NCBI GenBank assembly: GCA_021821045.1
Contig: JAKACW010000015.1
Location: forward strand, 4,713 to 68,712
Length of the DNA stretch: 64,000 bases
Reading direction: 5' to 3'
Origin: Pseudomonadota bacterium
GTDB taxonomy: Bacteria > Pseudomonadota > Gammaproteobacteria > JAADHS01
The first letter of the stretch is position 1. Each line of letters opens with the position of its first letter. The position numbers were made by a program, and so were the translations under genes. Shown here piece after piece: positions 29,772 to 38,119 of this stretch. A model generated the notes under the pieces. It searched no databases, was not told the origin of the DNA, and worked only from the letters and a program-made list of their open reading frames with translations.

Positions 29772-32192
29772 ATGTCCGCAGCGACACGCTCAAAATCCCG
29801 TGTATTGACGCCGCTCTTTCTGGTGTTGCTGTTGCTCGTCGGCGGCTTTATCGGTGGCTTCTTTTGGGAAAAGCATCGCGATCTTGAGCGAGAGTTCGAC
29901 CTCACGCTACGCAGCCTCGAAAACTCATTCAACGTCGTCATCGAGAACCACGCCAAGCGCCTCGCGATCGCCATCGACACGCTGGCTGAAAACGAGAAGC
30001 TGCTCAATTCATTCCTGCTGCAAGACCGCGACACACTGGCCACGAACGTCCAGCCCATTTTCGATAAGCTGCGCAGCGATTATGGCGCTACGCATCTGTA
30101 TTTCATCGATGCGGGACGCAAAACCATCCTAAGAGCTCACGAGCCGCAAAACCATGGCGAAACCGTGGACCGTCAAACGCTTATCGCGGCGCAGCGATCC
30201 GAAAAGCTGTCCTACGGCGTCGAGCTTGGCAACACCGGGATGCTGACACTGCGTGTCGTCGCGCCCTGGTACAAGGGGCGCAACTTGGTCGGCTATATCG
30301 AACTTGGCGAGGAAGTCGCCCAGATATTCAACCAAGTCAAGAATATCTTCGCCATCGACTTTTACGTTGTGCTCAACCAGAGCTTGCTGGACAAGAACGC
30401 CTGGCAGCAGTCGATGCGCGCGCTAGGACGTGAAGGTCTTTGGAACGACGCGGGCAGCTACGCCATCGCGGCACAAACCATGCCCGGCGCGCCGAGCAGT
30501 TTGTTGTCCTACCTCGAGGAAAGCCACGCCGCGCCCGAGCAGGTTGCGTTCACCGCCGCCTCGGGCAAACGCCGCTTTCAAATCGGCACCATCGCTCTAA
30601 CGGACGTCAGCAACCGCGAGGTCGGCAAGATCGCCGTCTTGCGCGATATCACCGCCGCTATGGACAACATCCACGAGATCGTCCGCTATGCAGCCTTGGT
30701 CGCCGGCGGCTTGGGACTGCTCCTGCTCGCCTTCTTCTATGAAATCCTGTTGCGCGCCGAGAAGGTGTCGGCGCAGGCCCAACCGGACAAACCGCAAGCA
30801 CCCGCCGAAACGCCGCAAGGCCAGAAAACAAATGAAGCGGCCGAAAAGCCGACCACGATTACCGTGGAGTCCCTCTATGATCGTCTGACGGGCTTGCCGA
30901 TCAAAGCGGTTTTGCATGACCGCCTGAACCATGAGATCGCCGTGGCGCAACGCGACAACAAATCGGTGGCGGCCATGGTCATCAATGTTGTGAATATGGG
31001 CGAGGTGGGAGAATCGTTTGGCGACGACTTGGCCAACCAACTCCTTCGCGAAATCTCTCGGCGGCTCAAGGAGGGTTTGCGCCGTTCCGATACCGTCGCG
31101 CGCACGGGAACCAATCAGCTCGGGTTGGTCCTGCCGTCAGTAACACCGGAGGTCGCCGTGGCCACGGCGGAGAAAATTCTCTCCATACTCTCCTCCGCTT
31201 ACCAACTGGGTAATGTATCCCTGGACGGGAAATTCGTCGGCGGCGTCGCCATTTTCCCATTCCACGGCCACGATGCCGAGATTCTGATGGATCGGGCCGA
31301 AAATGCCCGTCACGTGGCCGAGCAGAGCAGACAGCGCTACAGCGTTTTCGATTCGCGCCGCGAAACACACAAACACAAGCAAGTCACACTGCTGCAGGAC
31401 TTGCAACGCGCGGTCACCGACAATGAGTTGATGCTGCACTATTTCCCCCGAGTGGACATCAGCAGCGGAAAGGTCAACGGCGCCGAAGCGTTGTTGCGTT
31501 GGCGACATGCCAACGAGGGGCATGTGGCACCGGAGGAAATCGTCGCTCTGGCGGAAAAAAGCGGCATGATCAAGCCGCTCGCTCGCTGGGCGACCAACAA
31601 AGCGTTTCGCCAGCAAGCCAATTGGCGTAAGAACGGCATTGACCTGAATCTAGCCATCAACGTCACGACGGCAAGCCTGCTCGACCCAGGATTTTACGAT
31701 TATTTGCGCGAACTGCAGACGGGCTGGAAAATCCCGGCCAACTCAATCACGTTTGAAATCCCCGAGAAGGCGCTGCTCGAAGACCGACGGCGCGTGACCA
31801 CCGCGATGGAACGGTTGCACGGCATGGGTTTTCTGTTGGCCTTGGACGACGTCGGCGTCGGCCACTCGGCAGCCCCCTATCTCAAAACAATACCCGTCGC
31901 CGAACTGAAGATTCACGAGAGCATCACCTACACCATCACCGAGAACAGCAATAACTTTGCCTTTCTTCGCTCGACCATCGACTTCGCCCACGGCTTAGGC
32001 ATCATGGTGACCGCCGAAGGGGTGAAGAATAAAGCGATTTGGGACGTGCTGACCGCTTATCATTGCGACATGGCGCAGGGCTACCACATCAACCAACCCG
32101 CCACCTCGGGCGCGTTCGAGTGCTGGCTGACCAACTCGAAATACGGACTGGGCCGCAAGGATTCGATTTGCACCTGGCGGCCTGAACCCTAG
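29772..32192 (+). CDS. Membrane sensor protein with a periplasmic domain, a degenerate GGDEF and an EAL domain
   Basis: It has an N-terminal TM helix, a ~270-aa periplasmic region and a second TM helix. The GGDEF domain has the signature replaced by RTGTNQLG. The EAL domain has the motifs EALLRW and DDVGVGHS. Confidence 0.85.
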   Translation: MSAATRSKSRVLTPLFLVLLLLVGGFIGGFFWEKHRDLEREFDLTLRSLENSFNVVIENHAKRLAIAIDTLAENEKLLNSFLLQDRDTLATNVQPIFDKLRSDYGATHLYFIDAGRKTILRAHEPQNHGETVDRQTLIAAQRSEKLSYGVELGNTGMLTLRVVAPWYKGRNLVGYIELGEEVAQIFNQVKNIFAIDFYVVLNQSLLDKNAWQQSMRALGREGLWNDAGSYAIAAQTMPGAPSSLLSYLEESHAAPEQVAFTAASGKRRFQIGTIALTDVSNREVGKIAVLRDITAAMDNIHEIVRYAALVAGGLGLLLLAFFYEILLRAEKVSAQAQPDKPQAPAETPQGQKTNEAAEKPTTITVESLYDRLTGLPIKAVLHDRLNHEIAVAQRDNKSVAAMVINVVNMGEVGESFGDDLANQLLREISRRLKEGLRRSDTVARTGTNQLGLVLPSVTPEVAVATAEKILSILSSAYQLGNVSLDGKFVGGVAIFPFHGHDAEILMDRAENARHVAEQSRQRYSVFDSRRETHKHKQVTLLQDLQRAVTDNELMLHYFPRVDISSGKVNGAEALLRWRHANEGHVAPEEIVALAEKSGMIKPLARWATNKAFRQQANWRKNGIDLNLAINVTTASLLDPGFYDYLRELQTGWKIPANSITFEIPEKALLEDRRRVTTAMERLHGMGFLLALDDVGVGHSAAPYLKTIPVAELKIHESITYTITENSNNFAFLRSTIDFAHGLGIMVTAEGVKNKAIWDVLTAYHCDMAQGYHINQPATSGAFECWLTNSKYGLGRKDSICTWRPEP

Positions 32193-32198
32193 GGCCCC

Positions 32199-33098
32199 CT
32201 ACCGCGACCGAGCGGCAACGATGCGATTGCGCAAGCGGCCGATACGCTCGATTTCGCATTCCACCACATCCCCCGGCGTCAAAAACTCTGGCGGCGTTCG
32301 AGCAAAGCCAACCCCGCTGGGGGTGCCCGTGGCGATGATGTCCCCCGGCTCCAGAGTCATCACTTGCGACAACACGGAAATGACCTTCGCAACTGAGAAT
32401 ATCTGGTGGCGCGTGCTGGACGACTGTTTCAGCGTTTCATTCACCCAAGAACGAAGTTCCAGCTGCTGTGGATCGCCAATTTCATCGGCCGTGACGATCC
32501 AAGGCCCCATAGGGCTCGCCCGATCCAGACTCTTGCCGACAAAAAACTGCTTGTGGCGAAATTGCAGATCGCGAGCGGACGTATCGTTGATTACCGTATA
32601 GCCGAACACCGAATCGAGCGCCGCTTGCTCATCTACACTCTTGATTCTGGCCCCGATGACCACGCCCAGTTCCACCTCCCAATCGAGCTGCGTAGTTACG
32701 GCGCTGTCCACTTCAATGTCGTCCACGGGGCCGGTCAGAGCGGTGACGGCTTTGGTGAATATCACGGGATGTTCGGGGACCTCGACCTTCTTGCCTGTCG
32801 CCTGGGCGGACTCCTGCGCGTGATCGGCATAGTTCCACCCCAAACAGATGATGTTCTTGTGCGGCCGGGGGATGGGCGCGCCCAAACGCAGGTTACGCAT
32901 GGGAACGCGGCACTCGGGCGGCGCGGCAACGCAAAATTCCGCGAGACGCCGCCACACATCGCTGCCGGCCTCGATGATCGACTGGCAGGTGCTGAAACGC
33001 CTGTCCCAGTAGTCGGACAACGCCGGCAAAATGGCGTCGTCCCCGCTGGAGACGGCCAGAAAGCTGGCACCGTTATACGTCGCCTGGCCAACTCGCAC
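32199..33098 (-). CDS. Fumarylacetoacetate hydrolase family protein
   Basis: It has the FAH-fold signatures (GLGWNYADHA, GTPSGVG). Confidence 0.85.
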   Translation of the reverse strand: MRVGQATYNGASFLAVSSGDDAILPALSDYWDRRFSTCQSIIEAGSDVWRRLAEFCVAAPPECRVPMRNLRLGAPIPRPHKNIICLGWNYADHAQESAQATGKKVEVPEHPVIFTKAVTALTGPVDDIEVDSAVTTQLDWEVELGVVIGARIKSVDEQAALDSVFGYTVINDTSARDLQFRHKQFFVGKSLDRASPMGPWIVTADEIGDPQQLELRSWVNETLKQSSSTRHQIFSVAKVISVLSQVMTLEPGDIIATGTPSGVGFARTPPEFLTPGDVVECEIERIGRLRNRIVAARSR

Positions 33099-33107
33099 GT
33101 TACGGGC

Positions 33108-33392
33108 CTATTCCGCGAGCCACTTCTGCAGCGCCTCGATGATCGACTGCGCCTGATCACGACTGGAAATGTTGAACTTCGATGCCGGAATGTACTCTCC
33201 GCTGCGCTTGCGGTAACGACGAATGGTGAACTTCTCCGGGCCGTAGTCGTTCTTGGCGCGATCCCAATCCTGGTAGCGGAACATGAGGGTCGCCCATGCG
33301 CCCTTGGTTAACACCACTTTATCCAGCTCTTTTGTCACCAGAACACCGTCTTCGGTGTAGTTAACCGTGAGTTCGTCAACAGTTGCTGCCAT
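33108..33392 (-). CDS. Hypothetical small protein (94 aa)
   Basis: It has coding-like composition and is co-oriented 10 nt upstream of the FAH gene. Confidence 0.45.
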   Translation of the reverse strand: MAATVDELTVNYTEDGVLVTKELDKVVLTKGAWATLMFRYQDWDRAKNDYGPEKFTIRRYRKRSGEYIPASKFNISSRDQAQSIIEALQKWLAE

Positions 33393-33535
33393 GCTACGTT
33401 TCCTTTCGATTTGCGATACGGGCTACGCACCCACCCGTGCGCCGCGCCTATATTTAAGAATTTACCCCCAAATGTAAACCCCAATCGAGACAACCCCTTC
33501 ATCCCCAAATTGTCTATAATTCGCCCCACCTACTT

Positions 33536-34021
33536 ATGACTGACGAAACTCCGCCAAGCCGAACTCAGCGCAAGAAGCACGTTGAGAGCCTCCAGAAACT
33601 GGGGGAACAATTGCTAGAGCTGCGCGAATCGGAGCTCAAATCCATCCCCATGTCCGACAAACTCCGCGAAGCGCTGAGGATGGCCAAATCCATTGATTCC
33701 CGCGGCGCGCTGCGCCGACAGCGTCAATACATCGGCAAGGTCATGCGCAACGAAGACGGGCCGGCGATCGCGGAAGCCATAGAGCGCCTGCGGCAACCCT
33801 CCCGCCAGGAGATCGCCCGGCAGCACCTTGCCGAGCAGTGGCGGGAACGCCTGCTGGGCGCGGGTGGCGATGGGGCGCTCAAAGAGTTCGCCGATGCCTA
33901 CCCACTCGCCGACAAGACCACCCTTTTGGCCCTCATCGAATCCACTAAGTCACCCAGTCAAAACGAAGCGAAACAGGCCAGCCGCGCGTTATTCCGGTTC
34001 ATCGTCGGCGTGCTGGCTTAG
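33536..34021 (+). CDS. yjgA: Ribosome-associated protein YjgA (DUF615)
   Basis: RTQRKKHVESLQKLGEQLLEL...RRQRQYIGKVMRNEDGPAIAEAIERL matches YjgA. Confidence 0.85.
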   Translation: MTDETPPSRTQRKKHVESLQKLGEQLLELRESELKSIPMSDKLREALRMAKSIDSRGALRRQRQYIGKVMRNEDGPAIAEAIERLRQPSRQEIARQHLAEQWRERLLGAGGDGALKEFADAYPLADKTTLLALIESTKSPSQNEAKQASRALFRFIVGVLA

Positions 34022-34418
34022 TTGTTGTCATTGCGACACTACCAAACCGGGGCGAATCAATCGAACACTTCGCGCGTGATATATTTTTTTCGATATTTCA
34101 GCTATTTTTAAACCATGATCAACGATCCTGGATGATGGACCAGCGATTTGTTGATGGTGGCGCTGGGAAACTTTCTATGTCGCTAGGTGTTGACCCGGCG
34201 CCCACTCGGGCTTAATACTATCCCCCTTGGAAGATTTCATGGCGAGTGCCACCGCGAACGACGCGCGAGCACCGCGACAGCGACTGGAAGCCCGCTCCCA
34301 AAAGGACGGCGCATCCACGTCATCAGGGACGAGATAGCGTATTCCGCGCTCACCGGAGCCGCAGGCGAACGCAAGGTTTCAGATCCTTTTGATAATTCGT
34401 ACTTGGAGGGCTTTTACT

Positions 34419-34676
34419 ATGGGGTTCTATCAAGAATATGCAGCGACACCGGAATCGGTCGGGGACTGGGAGGGCGAGGAGCACCTTGCCGCCGAACAGG
34501 TAAACCGCATTTACATGGCCATCGACTCCGCCATACCCGGCAGTATCGATCCAAATCTTGCCCGCAACATTTTTAATCGTGTATGGGAAGACTGGGGCTA
34601 CGATTTGCGCTTGCTGGACATTACCGACTCGGAAATCCAAGAATATACAATTAATCTCTTGAGAACAGCAGCTTAA
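34419..34676 (+). CDS. Hypothetical small protein (85 aa)
   Basis: The ATG at 34419 is preceded by GGAGGG and followed by a strong terminator. The upstream region is long and AT-rich with a promoter-like TTGACC-17-TAATAC at about 34189-34217. Confidence 0.45.
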   Translation: MGFYQEYAATPESVGDWEGEEHLAAEQVNRIYMAIDSAIPGSIDPNLARNIFNRVWEDWGYDLRLLDITDSEIQEYTINLLRTAA

Positions 34677-34695
34677 CGACTCGTTGATAGTTCGA

Positions 34696-34728
34696 AAACA
34701 AACCCGCCAACCGGCGGGTTTGTTGTTT
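34696..34728. terminator. Bidirectional rho-independent terminator
   Basis: The hairpin aaacaaacccgcc-aacc-ggcgggtttgttgttt is flanked by A/T runs between convergent genes. Confidence 0.75.
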
Positions 34729-34733
34729 GTGCG

Positions 34734-34970
34734 TCACAGCAAATCGAAGGCGTCGATATCTTCCAGGGCAACCGCGGACCGAGACCGTCCGCGCTGAACC
34801 ATCAAATAGTCGCCGACATCGGAAGACTGTACCGACAGGGGGAGTACCGTCTCGGTCCGCACCGCGCCCGTGCCGTCCCGGTAAGTCAACTTCACCTGTC
34901 GTCCTGCACGAATCGCCAAGTCCAACTCGTTGCGACTGACAATGATAGGCCGACGATTGCGGTGTGCCAT
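34734..34970 (-). CDS. Hypothetical small protein (78 aa)
   Basis: It is co-oriented 5 nt downstream of ycgL. Confidence 0.45.
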   Translation of the reverse strand: MAHRNRRPIIVSRNELDLAIRAGRQVKLTYRDGTGAVRTETVLPLSVQSSDVGDYLMVQRGRSRSAVALEDIDAFDLL

Positions 34971-34974
34971 GGCT

Positions 34975-35223
34975 CTAAGTCGCGTCCTGATACCAGTGGC
35001 GAGGCATCTGCAAATAGAAACCGACCTCGCTCAGCTGTTGCCTCACAGTATGAACGTCGGCGGATGCGAGCTTTTGCCGCGATGCCAAGTCCAGCTCCAT
35101 TACCAACGTCAAATCCCCCAGCAGTGCGAGCAGGCTTTCGGGTACCCGCGAGAAATCGTCTTCGCGGACAACGAACAAATAACTGTCATCTCGTTTGGTG
35201 CTCTTGTATACGAAACATTGCAT
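34975..35223 (-). CDS. YcgL domain (DUF709) protein
   Basis: MQCFVYKSTKRDDSYLFVVREDDFSRVPESLL...YLQMP matches YcgL. Confidence 0.8.
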   Translation of the reverse strand: MQCFVYKSTKRDDSYLFVVREDDFSRVPESLLALLGDLTLVMELDLASRQKLASADVHTVRQQLSEVGFYLQMPRHWYQDAT

Positions 35224-35429
35224 GGCAACTCGGTCACTCTGTCGAAACGCCTCTATATAACGACAAGATGCGGCTTAGGCAAGAAACCACCCCCTTGCAA
35301 AATCCTCAACAATTATACATTAAAGTCCCAATTGCGCTATTATGCGCGCTCCGAGACGAAGCCGCGCATCAAGACGCCGGGGCCGCTTCAATGGAATTCG
35401 CTTTCAGGCTTTTGAATCAGGATACAACA

Positions 35430-36647
35430 ATGCTCACCGCCCAGCGGCACAGCTCGCCGTACGATCAACCAGTCACCGAGTTAACCATCGACGGTTGCCA
35501 TATAACACTGCTGGGAACGGCCCATGTATCCCAGGCGAGCAAGGACGCCGTCGGGGCGCTGCTTGCCGAGCGCCAGTTCGACAACGTGGCCGTGGAGCTC
35601 TGTCCGAGCCGCTACAACGCCTTGCTCGTGCCTGATAATTTCGCCCAGACCGACTTGCTATCCATGTTGAAAGCCGGCAAGGGCTCCACCCTGGTCGCCA
35701 ACTTATTTCTTGGCGCCTACCAACAGCGCCTCGGCGAAGAACTGGGGATCGAACCTGGCGCCGAGCTGCGAACCGCCGTCGAAACTGCCCGAGCCAAACA
35801 CTTGCCGGTCACGCTGATCGACCGCGAAATCGGCGTCACGCTGCGAAGGGCGGTTGGGCGGCTAGGCACGTGGCGCAAGCTGACTTTGGTCGCGTCGTTT
35901 TTGTCGATGTTCTTCTCGCGCCAATCCGTGTCCAAGGAAGAAATCGAGAAGCTCAAGAGTCGGGACATGATCAGCACCCTGGTCGACGAATTTTCCGAAT
36001 ATGAAATCGATTTGTTCACGCCCCTCATCGATGAACGGGATAGCTACATGGCGGCTCGTCTGAAGCTCGCCGCAAAAAATTCGCCCAACACGCGCTGGCT
36101 CGCGGTCATCGGCGCCGGGCACCTCCCGGGCATCGAACGCCGGCTGCGCGACACCACGACGGATAGCGAACAGGAGATCGCCCGCCTCGATACCGTGCCG
36201 CCGCCGAGCCGGTGGCCGAAGGTGATCGCCTGGAGCATCGTCGCCGCGATCTTGTTTGGTTTTGCCTACGGGTTTTACCGCAGCCCCGCCATGGGTTGGG
36301 AGCTGGTTGCGATCTGGTTTGTGATCAATGGCACCTTGGCCGCGCTCGGTGCGCTCGCCGCTCGAGCGCACCCCGCGACAATCGCCACGGCGTTCGTTGC
36401 CGCCCCCTTCACGTCTCTCAACCCCATGATCAGCGCCGGCGTCGTGGCGGCGGCGGTCGAGCTCTACCAGAATCGCCCCACCGCGGGGGACTTCTTGAGT
36501 TTGCGCAAAGCGACCATGGAGCTGCGCGGCTGGTGGCGCAACCGGGTTGCGCGGACGTTATTGGTTTTCGTCTTTTCCACCCTCGGGTCCGCTCTCGGCA
36601 CCTACGTCGCGGGCTTCCTGATGTTGGAGCGCTTGGTTGCTGGCTAG
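35430..36647 (+). CDS. TraB/GumN family protein with C-terminal TM helices
   Basis: It reads ITLLGTAHVSQASKDAV..., WLAVIGAGHLPGI, followed by four hydrophobic helices. The start is at the ATG at 35430. Confidence 0.75.
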   Translation: MLTAQRHSSPYDQPVTELTIDGCHITLLGTAHVSQASKDAVGALLAERQFDNVAVELCPSRYNALLVPDNFAQTDLLSMLKAGKGSTLVANLFLGAYQQRLGEELGIEPGAELRTAVETARAKHLPVTLIDREIGVTLRRAVGRLGTWRKLTLVASFLSMFFSRQSVSKEEIEKLKSRDMISTLVDEFSEYEIDLFTPLIDERDSYMAARLKLAAKNSPNTRWLAVIGAGHLPGIERRLRDTTTDSEQEIARLDTVPPPSRWPKVIAWSIVAAILFGFAYGFYRSPAMGWELVAIWFVINGTLAALGALAARAHPATIATAFVAAPFTSLNPMISAGVVAAAVELYQNRPTAGDFLSLRKATMELRGWWRNRVARTLLVFVFSTLGSALGTYVAGFLMLERLVAG

Positions 36648-36713
36648 GGTCCAACCCACGCTTTATACTAGGGGCCCGTTGGACGCTTGGCGTCTCACCA
36701 CCAAGGAATAACA

Positions 36714-37976
36714 ATGACCGCACCCACTACTGGCGCGTTTCGTGTCGTTTGTCATCAAAACCACGGCGGTAAAGGCACTGTCGCGGTCATCCACGCCGAC
36801 GCCACAGGTTTTCGCGCGTCAGCGATTCCTGCGGGCGCGGCCACGGGCTTGCCGTTCGAGCGCCGGCCGACATTCGTTGGACTCGATAAGAGTGGCGCAG
36901 TTGTATTGCTCGATCCTGTATCGAAGCGCCTGAACGCGCAAGCGGCGCTGCCGGTCGACGCGCTGCCGACCTACGCCTACACCGATCAAAGCACCGGGCG
37001 CATGTGGTTCGTCAATGATGGCGATGAGGAAACGGGAAACGATAGCTTCAATTGCGGCGACAAGGGCTCCTCCGTCACCATCCTGCAGAATGCTCAGGCG
37101 CCAAAGGTTTTCAAGACGTTGTGTGTCGGCCGGGGCCACCATGTCACGGCATTCGTCGGCCAGCCTCACGGCAAAAAGATTGTCTTCGTCAGCGATCTCA
37201 ACGACGGCACGATTCACATTGTCGGCAATGACGAGCAGGACAGCGCGACCTTCCTCAACATTCTCGGCAGCATCAACCTGTGCGAGCCCGAAAAGGAAGA
37301 GTCGAAATCGGATCAAATTCCCAATAACGCTTTTCCCCACGGCATGGTGTTCTCGCCTGTTTCAGGGAAGGTCTACAACCTGAACAATGGCTACGGCACC
37401 ATCGCCGTCATGGATCCGGCGTCGTTCAAGATCACCAACCGCATTGCGCTGAAAGGCTGCAGCAATTTGCTGCTGAGCCCGAACGGGAAATTCCTGGTGG
37501 GCAAAGGCGCGGACCGCAAGGCGGACCCCGACCATGTGATCGGCAAAATCGCGGTGGTCGACGTGTCCCGCGAGGAGGTGGTCACGCTGCTCGATCTCAA
37601 AGACGTCTATCCAAGCACTTTCCGATTTAATCCGTCCGGCACCAAACTGTACGTCACCACGGCCGCCACGGGTAAAGGCGCGCAACGCGGGGCGCTGAAG
37701 ATGAGCACGCTGCTGGTTTTCGACGCCACCGCCCTGCCCAAACTCGCCCTGCTGAAGGAAGTCAACGTCGGCAAGGCGGACTGCGGCCGCCGGCCCATCG
37801 CTTTTCGCAAAATTGACAGCACGCGCAGCCATATCTTCGTGCCCAACCCCACGGACGGCACGCTGACCATCCTCGACGACGGCAGCGACCGCGTGGTCGA
37901 CACCGTCAGGATCGGCGACGGCAACTGCGACGAGGTGCTGTTTTCCTTCTGGGACGGTGACGTTTTCGGCTCCTAG
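36714..37976 (+). CDS. YVTN-type beta-propeller repeat protein without a recognisable signal peptide
   Basis: It has repeated ~40-aa blades (KVYNLNNGYGTIAVMD, KLYVTTAATGKG, HIFVPNPTDGTLTILD). The start is at the ATG at 36714 behind AAGGA. Confidence 0.7.
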   Translation: MTAPTTGAFRVVCHQNHGGKGTVAVIHADATGFRASAIPAGAATGLPFERRPTFVGLDKSGAVVLLDPVSKRLNAQAALPVDALPTYAYTDQSTGRMWFVNDGDEETGNDSFNCGDKGSSVTILQNAQAPKVFKTLCVGRGHHVTAFVGQPHGKKIVFVSDLNDGTIHIVGNDEQDSATFLNILGSINLCEPEKEESKSDQIPNNAFPHGMVFSPVSGKVYNLNNGYGTIAVMDPASFKITNRIALKGCSNLLLSPNGKFLVGKGADRKADPDHVIGKIAVVDVSREEVVTLLDLKDVYPSTFRFNPSGTKLYVTTAATGKGAQRGALKMSTLLVFDATALPKLALLKEVNVGKADCGRRPIAFRKIDSTRSHIFVPNPTDGTLTILDDGSDRVVDTVRIGDGNCDEVLFSFWDGDVFGS

Positions 37977-38119
37977 TCTTTCGGCATTGCCGCGCCGCAC
38001 CTCGTAGGTTTTTACCCGGTCCGTAACCGGGTATTCGTTCACAGCGCGGCAGTTCCCGCCCGTGCTTCCCCATCAGTTCCCCGGCCCACATGCCGCTAAA
38101 TCCCGTGGAGCCGTAATGC

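Noticed and set aside
34187-34576. A 129-aa ORF spanning the leader and start of the 85-aa gene
   Set aside because: It has an out-of-frame overlap with the better-supported 34419 ORF (SD plus terminator). It has a low-complexity Arg/Gly-rich translation.
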